Positions 19,801 to 29,577 of a stretch of DNA of 64,000 nucleotides are shown here, piece by piece. Both the position numbers and the translations under genes were made by a program. This stretch comes from Promethearchaeota archaeon (GTDB taxonomy: Archaea; Asgardarchaeota; Lokiarchaeia; Sigyniarchaeales; SOKP01), in contig JBHLMQ010000004.1 of the NCBI GenBank assembly GCA_048938005.1, positions 2,447-66,446 on the forward strand. The letters are read 5' to 3'. Numbering within the stretch: the stretch's first letter is position 1; the number at the start of each line of letters is the position of its first letter. The notes under the pieces were generated by a model that was not told where the DNA came from, made no database searches, and saw only the letters and a list, made by a program, of their open reading frames with translations.

Positions 19801-21705
19801 TTATATATCTAATTTCTTCCTATTCTTCTCAATATGAGCTAACATTGCATCAACAGCTTGAATTGGATTAGTTTCAACATGCAAAATTCCACCTGTTAAA
19901 TCTTTACAATCTTTGGTCAAAAGTTTAACTAAATTTGCACCTCCCGTTACTGTAGGTACTGGATTGACATATGTATATAAACCAAATGCCAAGGCGAATA
20001 TTGCATCAATTGTGGCTTTTTGCTCCATATATTCTGGAGCTACGGCTACTACAGGTAAATCTGGAATTGCTACACCACCAAGTGCGGCAGAGACTGTTCC
20101 TATCAAATCTGCAATCCTACCTGTATCTGTACATGTTCCATAGCTAAGTACTGGGGGAATTCCCAGTTTTTCACAAACCTTTTTTAGACCAGAACCAGCT
20201 ATATCCTTTGCTTCTGGTACACATAATCCTCCAACTTGTAATGCACCATTACCACACCCCATTGATAATACCAAAACATCTCTTTTGATTAATTCTTTAG
20301 TTATTTGAATTGTATGCACATCTTGTCCATAATCTCTAAGTGTAGTACAAGATATTAATCCAGCAACTCCTCGTATAGTACCATCTTTAATAACTTCCAA
20401 TAATGGCTCAAGTGTACCTCCAAGTGCTGCAAGAATACTCTCGCTTGAGAATCCAACTATTGCTTCATTCATATCTAGACCTGTTACTGGTTCAATCCTA
20501 GATCGTCTTTCTTTAAAGTTATCAATTGCCATTTGGAGTAATATAGCGGCTTGTTCTTCTGCTTTTTCAGGCTTATAATCTACTCTCTCAGTTATACCCT
20601 CAAAAGCTACAACTTCAGAAACTGGGACTAGCTTGAATTTATATTTTTCAGCATATATAGGATCAATTGGCATACAACAATTCATATCACAGATAAATGC
20701 ATCAATACAACCACTTGCTAAAACTGCTTCTTGCATAATCCAATTTCCTGTAAATCCATAAAATATATCATCCATTTCCCATCTTTGTATCATTTCTTGT
20801 CCAGTCTCAATATTTGCAATAATTCTTAATCCTTTCGCTCCAACTGCTTTTGCTTTGTCCTGCCATTCTGGTTTTCTTGCTAGTTGCACCATAGCAAAAC
20901 CTAAGAATGGTTCATGACCATTTGGAAGTATATTTACATAATCTGGATCCAATACTCCTAAATTAACTCGCATTTTATGAGGTTTAGGAATATTAAATAA
21001 AATATCCTGGGTAAATTCATTGACAATTTGACTCTCATAAGCCATTGCGATCCCAAGTCTCATCGCCTTGAGAGCTAAACTTGCATAATAACCATCTACA
21101 TTTGTCAGACAAGAACTTGTAGAGAACATCATTTCACCGTAAAGTCCACCTGGGAAGATTCCTAATTTTTTCCATATTTCTTGCCTTTCGGGTGGAGCTA
21201 ATTTTTGAACAATTTTACTTTCTTCATCATAAGGTGTATTAAAATCTTCCTTTACAAAAATATAAAGTTTAATTGCTACTTCTTTTTCTGATCCAGAATT
21301 ATCTAAACCAAGACGACCAGCAAAACTTCTTAATTTCTCTGGTTCAGAGATTTTAAATGGTGTTTTACCTTCTACTGTCGCTTTTAAAGTCTTTAGAGTC
21401 GTTTCAGTATGATAATGATATGTGGAAGCGCCCATAACATTTCTTAGAAGCATCATACGCATTGCCATCCCGTCAGCAGTTATTCCACATACGCCACGTT
21501 TATCTATTGATGAATCTGCTCTACATGGGCCATTAGAACATAAATCACAACGAGCTCCTTTTAAACAAAATGGACAACGTTTATCTGGGTCACCTCCAAA
21601 ACCTTGTCCTACAAATCGATCCCATATATTAGTCATTCCATCTTTTTTAAGTCTCTCATAAACTTTCTGAACAGATTTATGATATGAAATTCTTTTGTTT
21701 TCCAT
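19801..21705 (-). CDS. cooS: CooS/HCP superfamily protein, CooS-V-like with altered C-cluster ligands
   Basis: CPFC, CDLCSNGPC..VCG, NGHEP, DMNC, ISCT, GCG, GTCTD, EQKA; ANIETG replaces the usual CCTG. Confidence 0.85.
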   Translation of the reverse strand: MENKRISYHKSVQKVYERLKKDGMTNIWDRFVGQGFGGDPDKRCPFCLKGARCDLCSNGPCRADSSIDKRGVCGITADGMAMRMMLLRNVMGASTYHYHTETTLKTLKATVEGKTPFKISEPEKLRSFAGRLGLDNSGSEKEVAIKLYIFVKEDFNTPYDEESKIVQKLAPPERQEIWKKLGIFPGGLYGEMMFSTSSCLTNVDGYYASLALKAMRLGIAMAYESQIVNEFTQDILFNIPKPHKMRVNLGVLDPDYVNILPNGHEPFLGFAMVQLARKPEWQDKAKAVGAKGLRIIANIETGQEMIQRWEMDDIFYGFTGNWIMQEAVLASGCIDAFICDMNCCMPIDPIYAEKYKFKLVPVSEVVAFEGITERVDYKPEKAEEQAAILLQMAIDNFKERRSRIEPVTGLDMNEAIVGFSSESILAALGGTLEPLLEVIKDGTIRGVAGLISCTTLRDYGQDVHTIQITKELIKRDVLVLSMGCGNGALQVGGLCVPEAKDIAGSGLKKVCEKLGIPPVLSYGTCTDTGRIADLIGTVSAALGGVAIPDLPVVAVAPEYMEQKATIDAIFALAFGLYTYVNPVPTVTGGANLVKLLTKDCKDLTGGILHVETNPIQAVDAMLAHIEKNRKKLDI

Positions 21706-21779
21706 AAATTACCACTTTAGTTCAAATTTTTTAAAATTATTGTATTTAAAAAATAAGTTAATTTGATTTAATTATATAC

Positions 21780-21792
21780 TCGAACATATTCA
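21780..21792. promoter_or_regulatory. Candidate operator TCGAACATATTCA between cooS and the rubredoxin oxidoreductase gene
   Basis: Near-identical to 18688-18700; lies in a divergent intergenic region. Confidence 0.55.
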
Positions 21793-21862
21793 TAAGGATA
21801 CTAATTTTAGATTACAATATATAATAACAACTTTAAAATAAGATGTACAAACTAATTATTCT

Positions 21863-23215
21863 ATGAAAGTTGTTATAATCGGGAACAATATTTCTGGGAC
21901 ATTTACTGCTCAAAATATAAGATCTCTTAATGATGAAGTAGAAATTGAGGTCTATACGCAAGAAAGATATCCCTATTATACAAGAGTAAAACTGCCAGAA
22001 TTGATTTCTGAGAAAGTGACTATTGATGATCTAATTGTTTTTAACGAAGATTGGTATAAAACCAAAAAAATAGACTTATTCCTAGAAAAAAAAGTTAATA
22101 AAATCAGCCCGGCCTTAAAATCAATTCAGATTGAAGGTGTGGCTTCCCCAATCTCATATGATAAACTAATATTAGCACTTGGAAGCACTCCTAATATTCC
22201 ACCTATTAAAAATGCTTTCCAAATGAAAGAAGAAAAGAAGGGTGTTTTTACACTCCGGACTATTTATGATGCTCTAGAAATAAAAGAGTATATTAGAAAG
22301 AAAGATGTTGATAAAGCAATTGTTATTGGTGGAGGATTATTAGGATTAGAATTGGCTAATCAAATTAAAGATTGTGATATGAATACGACAGTAGTAGAAT
22401 TCTTCCCTCGTTTGCTACCAAGACAATTAGATGAAGAATGTGCCCTTATGTTAAAGGAAGAAATTGAAAATCGAGGAATAAAAGTGGTTTTAAATGTAGT
22501 CACAGAAGAAATTTTAGGAAATGGAGTAGTAACCGGAATTAAACTAAAAGGAGGTCAAGAATTAAACTCAGATATTGTTTTAATCCAAGCAGGCATCAAT
22601 CCGACTATAAATTTGGCTAAAGAAGCTGGAATTCAGACAAATAGAGGAATTATAGTTAATGACTTTTTAGAGACCAGTGAAAAAGATATCTATGCTGTTG
22701 GAGATTGTATAGAATACAAAAATCAAATATGGGGTATTATTCCAGCATGCATGGAGCAATCAAAAATAGCTGCTGCATCTATACTAGATTTAAAAAAAGT
22801 CGATTATAAGGGAACAACTCCTAAAAATACACTTAAAATCGTTGGATTAGAATTAACTTCAATAGGAACAATTGACCCTAGGATAGAAGAAGGTGGCGGT
22901 TGGGATATATTGAAAAAAGCTGATAAAAAAGACTGTTGTTACCAAAAATTAGTTTTAAAGGGGAGTAAATTAAAAGGAGCAATTTTATTTGGTGATAATA
23001 AAGCAATGTCTTATGTCTATAACAGGATGGAGGAAGATGTTGACAGAGAAGAGTTGAAAAAATTATTAGAATTATATTCTTATGTATGTAATAAATGTGG
23101 CGCAGAATATGATGAGGCTAAAATGGGTATCCTCTTTAAAGATTTACCACCCGGTTGGACATGCCCAAATTGTGGGGGTTCTAAAAAAGAATTCAAGATA
23201 AAAAGTAAATCCTAA
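21863..23215 (+). CDS. NAD(P)H:rubredoxin oxidoreductase-like flavoprotein with C-terminal rubredoxin domain
   Basis: YDKLILALGS, IGGGLLGLE, IYAVGDC; terminal CNKCG..YD...F.DLP..WTCPNCG. Confidence 0.9.
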   Translation: MKVVIIGNNISGTFTAQNIRSLNDEVEIEVYTQERYPYYTRVKLPELISEKVTIDDLIVFNEDWYKTKKIDLFLEKKVNKISPALKSIQIEGVASPISYDKLILALGSTPNIPPIKNAFQMKEEKKGVFTLRTIYDALEIKEYIRKKDVDKAIVIGGGLLGLELANQIKDCDMNTTVVEFFPRLLPRQLDEECALMLKEEIENRGIKVVLNVVTEEILGNGVVTGIKLKGGQELNSDIVLIQAGINPTINLAKEAGIQTNRGIIVNDFLETSEKDIYAVGDCIEYKNQIWGIIPACMEQSKIAAASILDLKKVDYKGTTPKNTLKIVGLELTSIGTIDPRIEEGGGWDILKKADKKDCCYQKLVLKGSKLKGAILFGDNKAMSYVYNRMEEDVDREELKKLLELYSYVCNKCGAEYDEAKMGILFKDLPPGWTCPNCGGSKKEFKIKSKS

Positions 23216-23241
23216 ATATATTCGTAATGAGGTGAAAGACG

Positions 23242-23385
23242 ATCTCTATCTATAGGTGTAAAATTTGTAATTATATTTATGATGACAATGAAAAAGATAA
23301 ACCTTTTGAAGAATTAGAAGAATCAGAATTTAGATGTCCTAAATGTAGATCTTCAAAGAAATTTTTTGTGAGAAAGCAAGCGTAA
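23242..23385 (+). CDS. Rubredoxin-like protein, 47 aa (not in ORF track; proposed ATC start)
   Basis: ISIYRCKICNYIYDDNEKDKPFEELEESEFRCPKCRSSKKFF; SD GAGGTGA 6 nt before ATC. Confidence 0.8.
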   Translation: MSIYRCKICNYIYDDNEKDKPFEELEESEFRCPKCRSSKKFFVRKQA

Positions 23386-23533
23386 TACTAATTCTTTTTG
23401 TTCCTATTTTAAGCTTCTAGTTCTTTGAAATGGATTATCTTTATAAAATATTAAATTAATATTTTTAATATATTTTCAATTTAAATCCATAAAATTAAAT
23501 AAAACCAATCAACAGAAAGAGATGAGATATATC

Positions 23534-23671
23534 ATGGGAAAATGGGAATGTCAAGCATGTGGATATGTGTATGATGAAGAAGCTGAGGGTACTAAATTTG
23601 AAGATTTACCAGATGATTGGACTTGCCCTGTTTGTGGTGTTGGGAAAGATATGTTCGAAAAAATCGAATAA
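23534..23671 (+). CDS. Rubredoxin, 45 aa (not in ORF track)
   Basis: [45 protein letters not shown]. Confidence 0.95.
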   Translation: MGKWECQACGYVYDEEAEGTKFEDLPDDWTCPVCGVGKDMFEKIE

Positions 23672-23815
23672 CCAATAAATATCTATATCTTTTTAATTTT
23701 TTTTTATTGTTTCTTTTCTCAAAAATTTTATAATAAATAGAATATAAGTTTTTAATTTGATTTGAATTAATATTAAAAAATAAATTATAACCTAATTAAT
23801 GAAGGTGAAATTGAA

Positions 23816-25021
23816 ATTACACATTTAGAGTTAATGAAAGATATTTACTATGTTGGTTACGTAGATTGGGAACTAAGAAATTTCCATGGATATTCAACTA
23901 ATCGAGGTAGCAGTTATAATGCATATATTGTCAAAGGAGAAAAAACAGTACTGATTGATACCATTAAGCGCCCCTACTTTGAATATTTTTTGAAAAACAT
24001 TAAAGATATATGCGATCCTTCTGAAATTGACTATTTTATTACAAATCACGTGGAGATGGATCATTCTGGTTCATTTCCATTAATCCTTAAACATCTTCCT
24101 AATGCTGAATTAATTGCTTCGAAAAGAGGGGTTGATATTTTAGAAGCTCATTATCATAATGAAGTAGATAATGAAATATTTAAAAAAGTTAGAGCTGTAG
24201 AGGAAGGAGACATATTAGACATTGGAAATGGTAAAAAGTTCACATTCGTCCCTATTCCAATGATTCATTGGCCTGATTCTATGGTATCATTTATGACTGA
24301 TGAGAATGGGAAAAACATATTGTTTTCTAATGATGCTTTTGGACAACATTATGCAACATCAAAACGGTGGGATGATGAAAATGATCTTACGGAGGTGTTT
24401 CAAGAAGCAGAAAAGTATTATGCAAATATCCTACTTCATCTTTCTGGCCTAATAGCAAGAACATTACCAAAGGTTGGAGCATTACCAATCGATCTTATAT
24501 GCACTTCCCATGGAGTTTGTTGGAGAAAACATATTCCTGAAATCTTAGAAAAATATACTAAATGGAGTAAAGGGGAAATTGATGAAAATAGTGTGCTTAT
24601 CGTATATGATACAATGTGGGATAGTACTGCGAAAATTGCTAAAGCTTTAACCAACGAAATCAAGCATCGAGGGATTCCAGTAAAGAGGTATAGATTAACT
24701 AATGCTGATTATTCCGATGTTATTACAGAGGCAATGAAGGCAAAAGCAATATTGGTTGGGAGTCCTACTCTAAATAATGGACTATATCCAACGGTAGCAG
24801 AATACTTATCTTATCAAAAGGGGTTAAAACCTATGAATAAAGTGGGATTAGCTTTTGGTTCATATGGTTGGGGTGGAGGAGCAGTAAAAGAAATCGTTGA
24901 GTTAATGAAGGCCGCTAAAATTGAAGTAATGGAAGAAACAATAGAAATTAAATTTGTACCTAAACCAGAAGATTTAGACTTTAAAGAAATTATAGACAAA
25001 TTAGTTGAAAAAATGGGATAA
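23816..25021 (+). CDS. fprA: Flavodiiron protein (FprA); proposed ATT start at 23816
   Basis: HVEMDHSG, HWPDSM, SNDAFGQH, SHG, flavodoxin domain YDTMWDST..GSPT..FGSYGWGG. Confidence 0.93.
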   Translation: MTHLELMKDIYYVGYVDWELRNFHGYSTNRGSSYNAYIVKGEKTVLIDTIKRPYFEYFLKNIKDICDPSEIDYFITNHVEMDHSGSFPLILKHLPNAELIASKRGVDILEAHYHNEVDNEIFKKVRAVEEGDILDIGNGKKFTFVPIPMIHWPDSMVSFMTDENGKNILFSNDAFGQHYATSKRWDDENDLTEVFQEAEKYYANILLHLSGLIARTLPKVGALPIDLICTSHGVCWRKHIPEILEKYTKWSKGEIDENSVLIVYDTMWDSTAKIAKALTNEIKHRGIPVKRYRLTNADYSDVITEAMKAKAILVGSPTLNNGLYPTVAEYLSYQKGLKPMNKVGLAFGSYGWGGGAVKEIVELMKAAKIEVMEETIEIKFVPKPEDLDFKEIIDKLVEKMG

Positions 25022-25036
25022 AAAGAGGGTAGAAAA

Positions 25037-26215
25037 ATGGATTTTATGTTAACTGAAGAACAAAAAGCTTTACAAAAAAAAACAAGAGAGTTTGCAATTC
25101 GTGAAGTTTTACCAGTCGCAAGAAAATATGATGAATCGGAAGAATTTCCTCTACCAGTTATTAAAAAAGCTTGGGAAGAAGGATTATTGAATTTAGGAAT
25201 CCCTAAAGAGTATGGTGGACCCGGTTATGGCTTACTAAGTTCCTGTATTGTTGTTGAGGAAATATCATCTGCCTGTCCAGGAATTGCCACATCTATCTTT
25301 GATAATAATCTTGGTGCTGAACCAATTGTTATTGGCGGTAATGAAGAGCAGAAGCAAAGAATTTTGAGCGAATTAATCAATGAGTTTAAACTAATTGCTT
25401 TTGCTACTTCTGAGCCAACGATGGGATCTGACGTCGCAGGAATGAAATGCCTCGCAGAAAAAGATGGAGATGAATATATTTTAAATGGGACTAAATTTTG
25501 GATTACTAATGGAGGATTTGCAGATTATATTTCTGTATTTGCCACAGTAGATCCTGAGAAAAAACATAAGGGAATTGCTGCTTTTATTGTTGATACCAAA
25601 AGTGAAGGTGTAAAATTAGGAAAACACATTCCAAAATTAGGTCAAAGATCATCAAACACCGTATCGGTTGTTTTAAAAGACGTAAGAATCCCCAAAAAAA
25701 ATGTTCTTGCAAAACCTGGACGAGGTTTTGTTTTAGCTATGCAAACATTTGCTCATACTCGTCCAGCAATAGGCGCTTTTGCTTGTGGATGTGCTCGCTC
25801 AGCTATGGAATATTCTATTGATTATGCTCAAAAAAGAGAAACTTTTGGGAGACCAATTGGAAATTATCAAGTAATTCAACAAAAAATAGCTGATATGTAT
25901 AAAGACATTGAAGCTGCGCGCTTATTAACATATAAAGCGGCTTGGGAAGCTGACCAAGGTATGGATAATAATTTGAGTTCCTCAATTGCAAAAGCTTTCG
26001 CTTCGGATGTCGCGATGAACGTAACGACAGAGGCGATTCAAATTTTTGGAGGGTATGGCTATTTAAGGACATATCCGGTTGAAAAATTATTTAGAGACGC
26101 AAAATTATATCAAATATATGAAGGAACAAGTGAGATCCAAAGAATTGTTATATCTCGATTTGTCATGAAAAATTATGAACACGTAATGCCTTTCCTTGGA
26201 AAGAAAAGGATTTAA
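25037..26215 (+). CDS. Acyl-CoA dehydrogenase
   Basis: SEPTMGSD, LNGTKFWITNG, R.TFGRPI..YQ, QIFGGYGY, IYEGTSEIQR. Confidence 0.95.
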   Translation: MDFMLTEEQKALQKKTREFAIREVLPVARKYDESEEFPLPVIKKAWEEGLLNLGIPKEYGGPGYGLLSSCIVVEEISSACPGIATSIFDNNLGAEPIVIGGNEEQKQRILSELINEFKLIAFATSEPTMGSDVAGMKCLAEKDGDEYILNGTKFWITNGGFADYISVFATVDPEKKHKGIAAFIVDTKSEGVKLGKHIPKLGQRSSNTVSVVLKDVRIPKKNVLAKPGRGFVLAMQTFAHTRPAIGAFACGCARSAMEYSIDYAQKRETFGRPIGNYQVIQQKIADMYKDIEAARLLTYKAAWEADQGMDNNLSSSIAKAFASDVAMNVTTEAIQIFGGYGYLRTYPVEKLFRDAKLYQIYEGTSEIQRIVISRFVMKNYEHVMPFLGKKRI

Positions 26216-26283
26216 AACTAAAATCATAAAAATAAAATTTTTTCATTTCTTAATTTTTTGATTATCAATTATAGATTTGTCTA

Positions 26284-27513
26284 TTAAGATTTTATTTCCG
26301 TATCAATTATCTCCTTTACTCTTTTTAATTGCGTTAAAATTACTTCTACAAAACTATTATCAAAAACTAGTTTTGGTCCTTGTTTAAGCTCTTTTTTTAA
26401 ATAAATTTTATCTATTTTTTCTGAAGTAAGCCAATCTGAAATTAAGATTCCTTTTCTTTTCTCTTCATTTATGAATTTATTAGAATTAATTTCCATCTTT
26501 TTAAAATTATTTTCCTTAAACTCTAGAAAAGCAAAGAGTGGAGCCTCTCCAAAATGATCAAAAACCCTTGAATTCACACCTTCATTATCTGCAATTGGAA
26601 CAGCGATTTTTGTAATCTTTTTTTCTTGAGCTTGAGCAAAAATGATTATTTTAAATATTTGAGGGTAATTTTTCTTTATTCTACTCGAAAGTGTATTCTT
26701 TAATGCTTTTATTTGAGATAATGGCATTTCTTTATTTAAAACAACATCAATTTCTAACATAATATATTTCCCATATGATCGAACCTGCAAATTTTCAACT
26801 TTTTTAATCCTAGGATAATTTTCTATGAGTTTATAAAGTTCGGCTCGATTTTCAAAATCTATAACGGCATCAAGTAAAACCTTCGTCGAATGTAGGAATA
26901 TATCATAGGCCCCTTTTATTATTATTATCGAAATAATAAATCCTATGATGGAATCTAAGAGAAAGAAATTAAATAACGCACTAACAAACCCAAAAATAAC
27001 AGATAAAGAAATTAAACAATCTAATAATTTTTCATTTGCTTCAGAATTAATAATAGGAGAATTAATTTTTTTACTCGTCAATTTTAAATAAATTGCGGAG
27101 CAAATGGAGATAATAAGTGAAATAATTAAAAAGAGGAATATTATTGGTGAAATTATAATTTCCTTAGATTCTCCCTTGAAATAAATAGCAAATTCTGAGA
27201 CAGATTCCAGAATTATATTATAGGCTGTAATAAAGATTAATATTGAAATTATTAAACTAATAATATTCTCTATCCTGTAATATCCATAAGGAAATTTTTC
27301 GTTTGGTTTCTTTTTCGCATAAAATGTGCCAACTAATGCGGCAATATACATTACTATATCTGTTAAATTGTCAAAAGCATCCGCTTGGAGTGCTAAACTA
27401 TTAGATATTAGAGAAAGAATTATCTTTAGAGTAAACAATAAGGCAGTGACAATTATTAATAAGAAATTTATAAAAACAGAACTATAATAGAATTTTTGAT
27501 TATTTTCCACCAT
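26284..27513 (-). CDS. Cation diffusion facilitator with C-terminal NifB/NifX-like domain
   Basis: SLALQADA...D, FPYGYYR.E, dimerisation domain, then KIAVP...VFDHFGEAP.F. Confidence 0.85.
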   Translation of the reverse strand: MVENNQKFYYSSVFINFLLIIVTALLFTLKIILSLISNSLALQADAFDNLTDIVMYIAALVGTFYAKKKPNEKFPYGYYRIENIISLIISILIFITAYNIILESVSEFAIYFKGESKEIIISPIIFLFLIISLIISICSAIYLKLTSKKINSPIINSEANEKLLDCLISLSVIFGFVSALFNFFLLDSIIGFIISIIIIKGAYDIFLHSTKVLLDAVIDFENRAELYKLIENYPRIKKVENLQVRSYGKYIMLEIDVVLNKEMPLSQIKALKNTLSSRIKKNYPQIFKIIIFAQAQEKKITKIAVPIADNEGVNSRVFDHFGEAPLFAFLEFKENNFKKMEINSNKFINEEKRKGILISDWLTSEKIDKIYLKKELKQGPKLVFDNSFVEVILTQLKRVKEIIDTEIKS

Positions 27514-27526
27514 AATATTCAAATTT

Positions 27527-28087
27527 TCATTTTATTTTTTGGAAATTTTCATAAATCTTTTCAGCAGCAGAATAGAAATCATGAAATATATAGGTAGGTT
27601 GTATGCTAAGAAGATTTAATTCATCTAAATGTTTATTACCATGTCCTGTGGTAAGAAAGATTGTATTGCAGCCTCCATTTATGCCAAATTGTATATCTGA
27701 AGGATGGTCACCTATCATCCATGATCTTTTAATATCTATATTGAATTCTTTAATAATTTCATTGATAAATCTTGTTTTAGGTTTCCGACATTCACAATCA
27801 CTCTCTTTTAGATGAGGACAAAAATATGTTTTTAAAATCGTAATATTTTCTTTTTTGAATATCTTTAATAAATGATGATTATAATTATAAAAATCTTGAA
27901 TAGTATAATAACCTCTTCCAATACCTGATTGGTTGGTTACTATAAAAAAGAGAAAATTATTACTAAGCAATTTCAATCCTTCTATTACTCCAGGTAATAA
28001 TTCTAAATCTTCAACTTTATAACTGTAATTCTTATCTTCAATTAAAGTTCCATCGCGATCTAAAATAATTGCTTCATTTTTTCCCAA
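27527..28087 (-). CDS. HAD-IIIA phosphatase (GmhB/HisB-N-like)
   Basis: LDRDGT, VTNQSGIGRG, CPH....C.CRKP, MIGD...D. Confidence 0.9.
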   Translation of the reverse strand: MGKNEAIILDRDGTLIEDKNYSYKVEDLELLPGVIEGLKLLSNNFLFFIVTNQSGIGRGYYTIQDFYNYNHHLLKIFKKENITILKTYFCPHLKESDCECRKPKTRFINEIIKEFNIDIKRSWMIGDHPSDIQFGINGGCNTIFLTTGHGNKHLDELNLLSIQPTYIFHDFYSAAEKIYENFQKIK

Positions 28088-28119
28088 TTTTTGATAACCT
28101 ATCTTTCTTTGAATTTAAT

Positions 28120-29475
28120 TTAATAAAAGAAGAATGTAATTATAGCAAGATAAACAATACCTAATAAAATATGAAATAATGCAAATAAACCTCCTATTTT
28201 TAATAATCTTTTATAATTCATTCCATCAACACAATACTTATTAGATAGTTCTAGAGTCATCATATCTGCTGCAGAGCCTTGAGGTAAAAAATTTCCTCCC
28301 AAATTAATACCTAATATAAACGCAATCAAAAGGGGTGCCGCTGAAAACCCCATAGAGACTAACACATTTATAATTGGAATGAAAATTACTGTCACTGGGA
28401 CATTGTCAAGGAATCCAGATAAAACAGATGTAAAAACTAAAATAAAGATTGATAACAAAAAAATTTGGTTTGGAGCAATAAAGCTAACAAAGTCCTCAAT
28501 TATAAGGATAATTCCAGTAACTTCAAAACAGTATACTAAAATAAAAAGACATATAAAGAAGAAAATTAATTTAAAGTCAACTTTTTTAAGATAATGGGAG
28601 ATTGCTAGTTGCTTTCTACCTGATTCTTTCAATCGTGGATTAATGAATACAAAAATAAGCATTCCTAAAAGACCTACAAAAAGAATATTTGGAATGATAA
28701 TTAATAAAGAAAAGAAGATCAATAAAGCGATTAAATTTTTATAAAATACTTTAGATTTTATTGATTTTTCCATAATTACTAATTCATGTACTTCCACAGT
28801 TTCTTGATTGAGAGGTTCTTCATATTCTGAACAATGGGGTATCCAAATCTCTTTTAGGTGTTTTCTAAGGAAAAACTTATCTAATAAAAATAATGTAATA
28901 AAAACTCCAAAAATAAAATATACTCCTAAATTAAGGAAAAACCAAGTCGATGTTAGTTGAAATTTATCTGCAATTAAAATATTTTGAGCTGATCCAAATG
29001 GAGTCAAAGTAGCCGCCAGATTAATGCATATTGTCATTCCCATTAATATCGGGGTTGGGTTTATCTTTAATTTCTCTGAAGTGCTTATTATCATTGGAAT
29101 AAAAATAACAGCAACTGAAATATCTTCAATAAAAGAAGCACTAATAGTTGAAATCAAACATATTACCCAAAAAAACTGCCGTGTATTAGTGTTGAATTTT
29201 TTTGTAATTCGTAAAGCAATTTCATTAAAAATACGTTTATCTTCTAAAATTGCTACAATTGTAAACATCGAAATTAAGAAAAAGATTACAGTCCAGTCTA
29301 TTGCTTGAAAAAATTTTTCGAGGGTGATTGGAACTGGTGAGAAAATGTATGTGGCAGTAGCAGCAGCTAACATTGCTAAAATACTATATGCTAAAAAGTC
29401 TGTTTTCTCTCGGAAAAGAGCAATAATAACTATAATAAAACAGAAAATTACAAATAATTGTAGTAAGAAGATCAT
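28120..29475 (-). CDS. ArsB/NhaD/CitMHS-type anion permease
   Basis: IDW.VIFF, TPFGSAQN, SGFLDNVP, NLGGNFLP.GSAA. Confidence 0.85.
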   Translation of the reverse strand: MIFLLQLFVIFCFIIVIIALFREKTDFLAYSILAMLAAATATYIFSPVPITLEKFFQAIDWTVIFFLISMFTIVAILEDKRIFNEIALRITKKFNTNTRQFFWVICLISTISASFIEDISVAVIFIPMIISTSEKLKINPTPILMGMTICINLAATLTPFGSAQNILIADKFQLTSTWFFLNLGVYFIFGVFITLFLLDKFFLRKHLKEIWIPHCSEYEEPLNQETVEVHELVIMEKSIKSKVFYKNLIALLIFFSLLIIIPNILFVGLLGMLIFVFINPRLKESGRKQLAISHYLKKVDFKLIFFFICLFILVYCFEVTGIILIIEDFVSFIAPNQIFLLSIFILVFTSVLSGFLDNVPVTVIFIPIINVLVSMGFSAAPLLIAFILGINLGGNFLPQGSAADMMTLELSNKYCVDGMNYKRLLKIGGLFALFHILLGIVYLAIITFFFY

Positions 29476-29577
29476 ATTTACTCTTTAAATAAATAATCAA
29501 TACATTTTGATATTTGGGTTTGTGTTTTAAAGGCTTAAAATTTCATTATTTTAAAATAAAAATTAGAAAAAATAATA

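Noticed and set aside
23227-23241. ATG-AGG-TGA read as selenocysteine readthrough into the rubredoxin-like ORF
   Set aside because: The TGA is not at a Cys-equivalent position, it is part of a standard GAGGTGA SD, and I see no SECIS-like hairpin downstream.
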